Assembly: GCA_963422615.1 (NCBI GenBank)
Contig: OY730414.1
Span: 434,001 to 498,000 of the forward strand
Direction of reading: 5' to 3'
DNA length: 64,000 nucleotides
DNA from: Longimicrobiales bacterium
GTDB taxonomy: Bacteria; Gemmatimonadota; Gemmatimonadetes; Longimicrobiales; Gaopeijiaceae
In this document: piece by piece, positions 58,682 to 64,000 of the stretch
Layout: the number at the start of each line of letters is the position of its first letter
How positions within the stretch are numbered: the stretch's first letter is position 1
The notes under the pieces: generated by a model
Told to the model about the DNA's origin: nothing
The model's database searches: none
The model's input: the letters and a program-made list of their open reading frames with translations, nothing else
Made by a program: the position numbers and the translations under genes

Positions 58682-60052
58682 ATTCAACTGGGCGCGACGG
58701 AACTATGGGAGCGGATACTTGACCGGATCCGAACCAGAGTATTCAAGCAAAGCTTCCACACTTGGCTGTCCAGCACCAAGGCGGTCTCCTGGTCGGAGGG
58801 AGTCCTCCGGGTTGAGGCCTCAAGTCGGTTCCACGCCGAATGGCTGGAGGACAAGTACGGCCGAATACTCCAGGAGATCGGCCATCGGATCGTCGCGGGG
58901 CCCTTTGCGCTCACCATCTCGTCGGCCGACACCGCACCGGACCGCAGCCCTCCGGAAGTCTCCGTAGCCCCGGTCTCCGGGTCGGCGGCTCCCGCGGCCC
59001 CGGATGCCCCTGCTCCGCCCGAACCCATGTTGGGGCTCAACGGTCGATACACCTTCCGCCGCTTCGTCGTCGGGGACGGCAATCGCCTGGCTCAGGCGGC
59101 GAGCCTGGCCGTCGCAGAGCAAACCAAGCAAAGCTACAACCCGCTGTTCCTGTATGGAGCTACCGGACTTGGGAAAACCCACCTGATGCAGGCCATCGCA
59201 AACCGGATTCTGGAGTCCGATTCCGAAACCCGGATCTGCTACATTTCGGCGGAGCATTTCGTGAACGATATGGTAACCGCCATCTACAATAACAATACCG
59301 ACGCCTTTCGGGCGCGGTACCGATCCTACCAGCTCCTGCTGGTGGACGACGTCCAGTTCTTGCGAAGGAAAGAGCGAACCCAGGAAGAGTTTTTCCACAC
59401 CTTCAACACCCTGTACAACAGCAGCCATCAGATCGTACTGACGAGCGACCGGCACCCCAAGGAGTTGGAAGGCCTGGAGGAACGCTTGGTTTCCCGCTTC
59501 GAGTGGGGATTGGTTGCCGACGTGAACCCACCGGACTACGAGACCCGGGTTGCCATCCTGCGAAGGAAGGCGGAAGAGGACGACATCCTTCTGGATCCGG
59601 GCATCCCGGAATTGGTGGCCCGATGTTGCAGGTCATCGGTTCGGGAACTGGAGGGAGCCCTCATCAAGCTCCTCGCCTTTTCTTCCCTGACCAGGCAGGA
59701 TCTCACCCTGGACCTTGCCCGGAAGGCTCTGGCGGACACAAGGGAGACGGAGAAGCTCCCCACGGACCTTGAGACCATCCGCGACCGGGTTGCCGAGGCG
59801 TGGGGTGTTACGGGAAGCGCACTGGCGTCCAAGAGCCGGACCCGGAGGCTTCTCGTTCCCCGGCAAGCGGCCATGTTCCTGATTCGGGAAGTGGGAAAAT
59901 CTTCCCTGCGGGACATCGGGGAGATCTTTGGGGGGCGCGACCACTCTACCGTGATCCACTCCATCCGAAAGGCCGAAGAGCGCATGCAAACCGATCGGAA
60001 GTTCCGCACCCGGATCCGCAAAGTTCGAAAACAGCTGGCGGGGAGGGAGTGA
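58682..60052 (+). CDS. dnaA: Chromosomal replication initiator DnaA (non-canonical start ATT 58682 or CTG 58688)
   Basis: Domain I (ELWERILDRIR..SFHTWL..FHAEWLEDKY) is in frame with YNPLFLYGATGLGKTHL, LLVDDVQF, SRFEWGL, VRELEG and GGRDHSTV. In-frame TGA at 58676-58678. Confidence 0.95.
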   Translation: MQLGATELWERILDRIRTRVFKQSFHTWLSSTKAVSWSEGVLRVEASSRFHAEWLEDKYGRILQEIGHRIVAGPFALTISSADTAPDRSPPEVSVAPVSGSAAPAAPDAPAPPEPMLGLNGRYTFRRFVVGDGNRLAQAASLAVAEQTKQSYNPLFLYGATGLGKTHLMQAIANRILESDSETRICYISAEHFVNDMVTAIYNNNTDAFRARYRSYQLLLVDDVQFLRRKERTQEEFFHTFNTLYNSSHQIVLTSDRHPKELEGLEERLVSRFEWGLVADVNPPDYETRVAILRRKAEEDDILLDPGIPELVARCCRSSVRELEGALIKLLAFSSLTRQDLTLDLARKALADTRETEKLPTDLETIRDRVAEAWGVTGSALASKSRTRRLLVPRQAAMFLIREVGKSSLRDIGEIFGGRDHSTVIHSIRKAEERMQTDRKFRTRIRKVRKQLAGRE

Positions 60053-60149
60053 TCGCACGGGGCACCGACACCCCTGGGCGAAGGCCGCACCGTAGCCCTG
60101 GGTACGGGGGCCCCCTGGGTCGTCGCCTCGAGCCGTCGCCTCAAAGCGG

Positions 60150-60470
60150 ATGTGGGCAAACCCGTTGAACGGACGGGGGAGAAAAAGCCCACCTCCCCGT
60201 ATTCCCTCAAGCCCGCGTTCCGTGTGCAGAAGATGTGGAAAACTCTGTGGAAAAGACAGAAAATCCCCATGTTTTCCACAATCACGGCCTGGAAAATTGG
60301 GAAATCCACTGTTTTACCCCATGCTTTCCACCCGATTCGGAAGTCTTTGAGTCTACTGTATCTTGTTCAAGAAACAGGGATTTGAGCCTTTCAGATCTTG
60401 GTTTTTCCACTTTTCCACAGCCCTCTATGATGATCTTGACTCATAAGAACCTCATGTCATATGTAGTTCG
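60150..60470. other. Replication origin oriC (dnaA-dnaN intergenic)
   Basis: Perfect TTWTNCACA boxes of the TTTTCCACA type at 60234-60242 and 60246-60254 (reverse), 60272-60280 and 60411-60419. One-mismatch boxes at 60223-60231 and 60403-60411. Locally AT-rich. Confidence 0.88.
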
Positions 60471-60741
60471 TCTCCTGCCTTCCGGCCTCCGGAAAACGGA
60501 CGTGGTGGAGCCTTTCTCCGGGGGCATATGGGATACCCGCCTTCCGAAACCGGAAATGGAGCCGGGAATCGAAATCCGGGTTGCACCGGTCAAGCGCCAA
60601 GGATTATTGTTCTTGGCGGCCGGCCAGGAACCGGTCGGCCGGGAGCCGCCCAGCTGAAGACCCGGAAGGACCCCCCGAAGACCGTCCCCCTAAGTGAACC
60701 TGGAGCACCGATAACCCTCCAGGAGGCTGGATGCTGACCCC

Positions 60742-61845
60742 ATGGACGTAACCGCCACCTGCCGGAACCTGAGTCGAGGCCTGGACGCGGTTTCGGCAAG
60801 CATTCCCAGTAGGAGCACCCTTCCCGTGCTCTCCAATGTCCTTGTCGAATCTGTGGACGATGGCATGTGGATCAGCGGAACCGACCTTGATGTAGCGATC
60901 CGAACCAAGGTTCCAGCCGACGTGGCCCGGAAGGGTTCTATCACGGCCCCGGGGCGAAAACTGCAGCAGCTGGTTCGCGAGCTTCCTGATGAGCCTGTGG
61001 CGCTCCGGGTTCGGGGAGACCAGCTGGACATTCGCTGCGGGCGGGGTCGGTTCAAGCTAAACGGCTTGCCCAGCGAAGAGTTTCCAAATCTCCCCGAGGT
61101 CAATTTTCAGGAGGGGTGGAGCATTGCCCGAGAGACCCTTGGGCGTTTGATCAAGAGTACCTCCTTTGCGGTCTCTACCGAAGAGAGCCGTCCCCTTCTG
61201 AACGGGGTTCTCTGGGAGCTGCGGGACGGATCGATGAGCATGGTTGCGACCAATGGCCATCGCCTCGCCAAGAGGGGTGCCGAGACGGACCCAACGCCGA
61301 CAGGAAGCGCGAACCTCATCGTTCCACCCGTTGCCCTTGCGCAGGTCCATCGCCTGTTCGAAGAAGACAGTCGGCTGGCCGTGGCGAAAAACGGGAACTA
61401 TCTGGGCTTTCGATCCGAAGATACGGAAGTCTACACCCGCTTGATCGAAGGGTCTTACCCCAACTACGAACAGGTGATTCCCAAGGACAACGACAAGACG
61501 GCGACGGTGGACAAGGGGGTCTTTGAGGCCGCGGTGCGGCGAATGGCGGTTGTGGCGAGCGAGGAGCCGCATCGAACCAAACTGTCCTTTGAGTCCGACC
61601 GGGTACGCCTGAACGTGACAACCCCCGACCTGGGGGAGGCATACGATGAGGTGGAGCTGGATTACCTGGGGGAGGCGATGGAAATCGCGTTCAATGCCAG
61701 ATACCTCCTGGAAGTCATGAAGTGCATGCCCGGCGGCGACATAACCTTCTCTTTCAAGACCTCGGAGCGAGCCGCCACGGTCAAGCCTGCGGACGATCAG
61801 TTGGACTACCTGTGTCTCGTCATGCCCCTTCGCCTCGTGGACTGA
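60742..61845 (+). CDS. dnaN: DNA polymerase III beta sliding clamp
   Basis: Motifs STLPVLSNVL, GTDLD, ESRPLLNGV, VATNGHRLA, RLIEGSYPNY, IAFNARYL and LVMPLRL. Confidence 0.96.
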   Translation: MDVTATCRNLSRGLDAVSASIPSRSTLPVLSNVLVESVDDGMWISGTDLDVAIRTKVPADVARKGSITAPGRKLQQLVRELPDEPVALRVRGDQLDIRCGRGRFKLNGLPSEEFPNLPEVNFQEGWSIARETLGRLIKSTSFAVSTEESRPLLNGVLWELRDGSMSMVATNGHRLAKRGAETDPTPTGSANLIVPPVALAQVHRLFEEDSRLAVAKNGNYLGFRSEDTEVYTRLIEGSYPNYEQVIPKDNDKTATVDKGVFEAAVRRMAVVASEEPHRTKLSFESDRVRLNVTTPDLGEAYDEVELDYLGEAMEIAFNARYLLEVMKCMPGGDITFSFKTSERAATVKPADDQLDYLCLVMPLRLVD

Positions 61846-61852
61846 AGGACGA

Positions 61853-62437
61853 TCAGGAGCGGGAAGCCCCCGGGTGGAGAGAAGTCATCCGGTCTCGGAG
61901 GAGTTCCTTCGCGGTGAAGATGGCCCGGAACTCGTATCCCGCCTCAATGAGACGGACGCCCCCTCCCTCTTCCCGGTCGACGAGAGCCAAAGTGCCCAGA
62001 ACCAAGGCTCCCTGGCGGGTCACGACGTCAAGGGCTTCCAGTACGCTTCCGCCCGTCGTGACGCAGTCCTCGATCACCACCACCCGAGCGCCCCGGAGCG
62101 TGCCTCCTTCAACCCGGCGCGCCGTGCCGTGGATCTTCGGGGCTTTTCGTACGGTGAACCCGTTCAGGGACTCGCCTTGGCGGGTGGCGTGATGGGCGAC
62201 AGCGAAGGCGATGGGGTCCGCGCCCAGGGTCATCCCCCCGACGAACTCGGGCTTCCAACCTGCGTTCCGCATGGCGTGGTAACAGACTTCGCCAACGAGG
62301 ACTTGGCCTTGGCCGGTCATCGTCGTCCGGCGAGCATCGATGTAGTACGATGAACGAGTGCCGCTCGCGAGGGTAAAATCCCCTGGAGCTACACTCCGTT
62401 CGCATAGGAGCCGATGGAGAAGGGAGAGAGCGCTCAT
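61853..62437 (-). CDS. pyrE: Orotate phosphoribosyltransferase
   Basis: Motifs GDFTLASG.SSYYIDAR, VRK..K.HG and VIEDCVTTGGS. Confidence 0.92.
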   Translation of the reverse strand: MSALSLLHRLLCERSVAPGDFTLASGTRSSYYIDARRTTMTGQGQVLVGEVCYHAMRNAGWKPEFVGGMTLGADPIAFAVAHHATRQGESLNGFTVRKAPKIHGTARRVEGGTLRGARVVVIEDCVTTGGSVLEALDVVTRQGALVLGTLALVDREEGGGVRLIEAGYEFRAIFTAKELLRDRMTSLHPGASRS

Positions 62438-63485
62438 GTTCACCAGAGAATACGCGCGGAAATCGAAAGGGAAAAGGCCGATCGGGGTTCCCCCGAGATG
62501 GTCGGTCCCAACCCTGGCAGGGCTTTTTGCCGCCGTCGCCGGTTGCGGAGACGGCATTGGCCCGGACCCGATACGCTTCGGCCAGGTCGGAGAAATAGAA
62601 GTTCACGTGAGAACACCCCTCCAGGGGGGAATCGGCTGGCAGCGGCAAATGCTCAAGTGGACCTCTAGTGGCGCGTGGTGGCTCTTCGAGGAAATCGGCT
62701 ACAAGGATATCGTGGGAGAGGAGTCCCTGGTGTCCAACCCTGGCGTTCCGGGTCTCTTTTCGACTTCCTATGCCTCCTACATTGCCGACGTGCATGAGAA
62801 CGGGGTTTGGGGTCTTGCCAACGTGGACCGGAGTGTCGATCCGAATTGCGGCTTGTTGGCGAGCCGGGTGACGCTCATGATCCGGGATTCTAGAAAGGAC
62901 GAGGAGAGGGAGTGGATCCGTTGTGGGTTCGGTACCCTGGGATTCTTGCGGTCACAAGGGTCCGGTCCCGGTCCCGATGCGGCCCGGGTGATTGAAGCGA
63001 CGAAACGGGCGCGCAACTTCACTGTGGGCAACGCCGAAGACCGCTACGCCTACACGGGGAGTCTTCCCTTTGCCACCTTGGACAAGGGGGACAAGACGAA
63101 CCTCGAACTGGCCGCCTTCCAGGTCTTCCGGTCACCGGACGGATCGGATCGCGGCAAAGTCCCCCCGGGGTGGGAACCGTTTTGGGAAGACCACACCGGT
63201 AACCCTTCGCAGGCGCCGGAGATTGACTGGGTGACGGATATGGCGCTGGTCAGTGCTCTGGGCATGCGGGAGGAGGTGGGTGACTCCGTCGAAATTCGGC
63301 GAGTGCTCCACCTGGGTCCCCGGGAGGGAACGGAGATCAAGATCGTTGAGCGAATCCCGGGCGACTTCTGCACCCCCCTTCACCGTATCGTTCGCCCCTA
63401 CCATATCGTCGTCGCTCCTCGAACATCGCCACCGGTATTCTTCTCCGAGGTAGTGCCTGAAAGGGTCGCCTGCGGCGGCCCGTAG
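62436..63485 (+). CDS. Hypothetical lipoprotein with a possible PrcB-like C-terminal domain
   Basis: Lipobox-like AAVAGC; C-terminal PEIDW..G..G.SVEI..PGDFC..RPYHIV pattern. Start uncertain. Confidence 0.6.
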   Translation: MFTREYARKSKGKRPIGVPPRWSVPTLAGLFAAVAGCGDGIGPDPIRFGQVGEIEVHVRTPLQGGIGWQRQMLKWTSSGAWWLFEEIGYKDIVGEESLVSNPGVPGLFSTSYASYIADVHENGVWGLANVDRSVDPNCGLLASRVTLMIRDSRKDEEREWIRCGFGTLGFLRSQGSGPGPDAARVIEATKRARNFTVGNAEDRYAYTGSLPFATLDKGDKTNLELAAFQVFRSPDGSDRGKVPPGWEPFWEDHTGNPSQAPEIDWVTDMALVSALGMREEVGDSVEIRRVLHLGPREGTEIKIVERIPGDFCTPLHRIVRPYHIVVAPRTSPPVFFSEVVPERVACGGP

Positions 63486-63492
63486 AGACGGA

Positions 63493-64000
63493 ATGACGCT
63501 ACGGAACCGGTTTACTTTTTTTTTCGTCACCTTCGCTGTGGCGACTACCCTCGTGGCCGGCTCGCTGGCTTGGCATTTTTCGTCTCGTGCCTTGGAAGAC
63601 GAGTTTGACCGCAAACTCACATCGGTCGCGCAAGTGGCCGCCGAGCTGGGAATTCAGGCCGACCAGGTCGTGTTTTTCGAAAGAGGGGACGAGAAAACCG
63701 ACTTGTGGATGGAGTACCGGAGCAAGTTGCTTCGTCTCCGAAACCGGTATGTGGACGTTGCGGCCATTTTCCGCTGGAAACCGGGGGACCCCGTGGCCAC
63801 GGCCCTCGTGACGGCCGCGCCCCAGGATTCCGTGTCCCCTGGACAAGCGCTCCCCTGGGTCCAGCTCCACCTTCCGGAACTTGGACGGGCATACGAGGTG
63901 GGTTGGGCAACCACGCCTCGGGAGAGCTACGAAGACCAGCACTTCAAGTATGGCTTCATTCGGCTGAAGCCCTCCGAGGTCTTCCTGGGGGTTCGGATGC
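63493..64000 (+). CDS. Membrane protein, probable sensor histidine kinase N-terminus (partial)
   Basis: Manual translation MTLRNRFTFFFVTFAVATTLVAGSLAWHFSSRALEDEFDRKLTSVAQ...: a TM helix followed by an extracytoplasmic region. No complete ORF in the track, consistent with running off the window end. No kinase core is visible. Confidence 0.5.
   Translation, partial: MTLRNRFTFFFVTFAVATTLVAGSLAWHFSSRALEDEFDRKLTSVAQVAAELGIQADQVVFFERGDEKTDLWMEYRSKLLRLRNRYVDVAAIFRWKPGDPVATALVTAAPQDSVSPGQALPWVQLHLPELGRAYEVGWATTPRESYEDQHFKYGFIRLKPSEVFLGVRM

Noticed and set aside
59027..60052. 341-aa DnaA as called by the ORF track
   Set aside because: Omits the in-frame, recognisable domain I; the true start is upstream and non-canonical or frameshifted.
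1..64000. CRISPR arrays, tRNA/rRNA genes, transposases, integrases
   Set aside because: No regularly spaced repeats, cloverleaf or rRNA signatures, or recombinase motifs recognised by inspection.

Overview
This is a GC-rich, gene-dense bacterial chromosome segment spanning the replication origin. Its gene order resembles Gemmatimonadota, but that assignment is an inference from recalled synteny. The right half is a core origin region: parA-parB with two parS sites, mnmG, mnmE, yidC, yidD, rnpA, rpmH (52 aa, absent from the ORF track), dnaA, an oriC with DnaA boxes, dnaN and pyrE. The middle carries lipA-pdhABC-lpdA, ispH, a glcD-glcE fusion with glcF, peptidases, a TRAP/TAXI transporter and an orphan PilB/GspE ATPase. 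The left carries NAD-glutamate dehydrogenase (partial), a YhaO/YhaN (Mre11/Rad50-like) pair, pgeF, sucA, ETF-QO and mutY. Most notable observations: (1) the dnaA N-terminal domain has no in-frame ATG/GTG/TTG, implying CTG/ATT initiation or a 1-nt frameshift. (2) A decayed ~195-bp copy of the rpmH-rnpA junction lies between the two parS sites where rsmG normally sits. (3) A triple-frameshifted, internally deleted SNF2-helicase relic precedes an intact RelE-like/UvrD fusion, suggesting a collapsed defence island after sucA. (4) An orphan coiled-coil/basic/helical protein has the architecture of a nucleoid or silencer protein. (5) The ETF-QO lacks one Fe-S cysteine and is co-oriented with a CDGSH/ferredoxin gene. 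(6) The divergent rpmH and dnaA promoters are mirror images. No rRNA, tRNA, CRISPR array or intact transposase was recognised.
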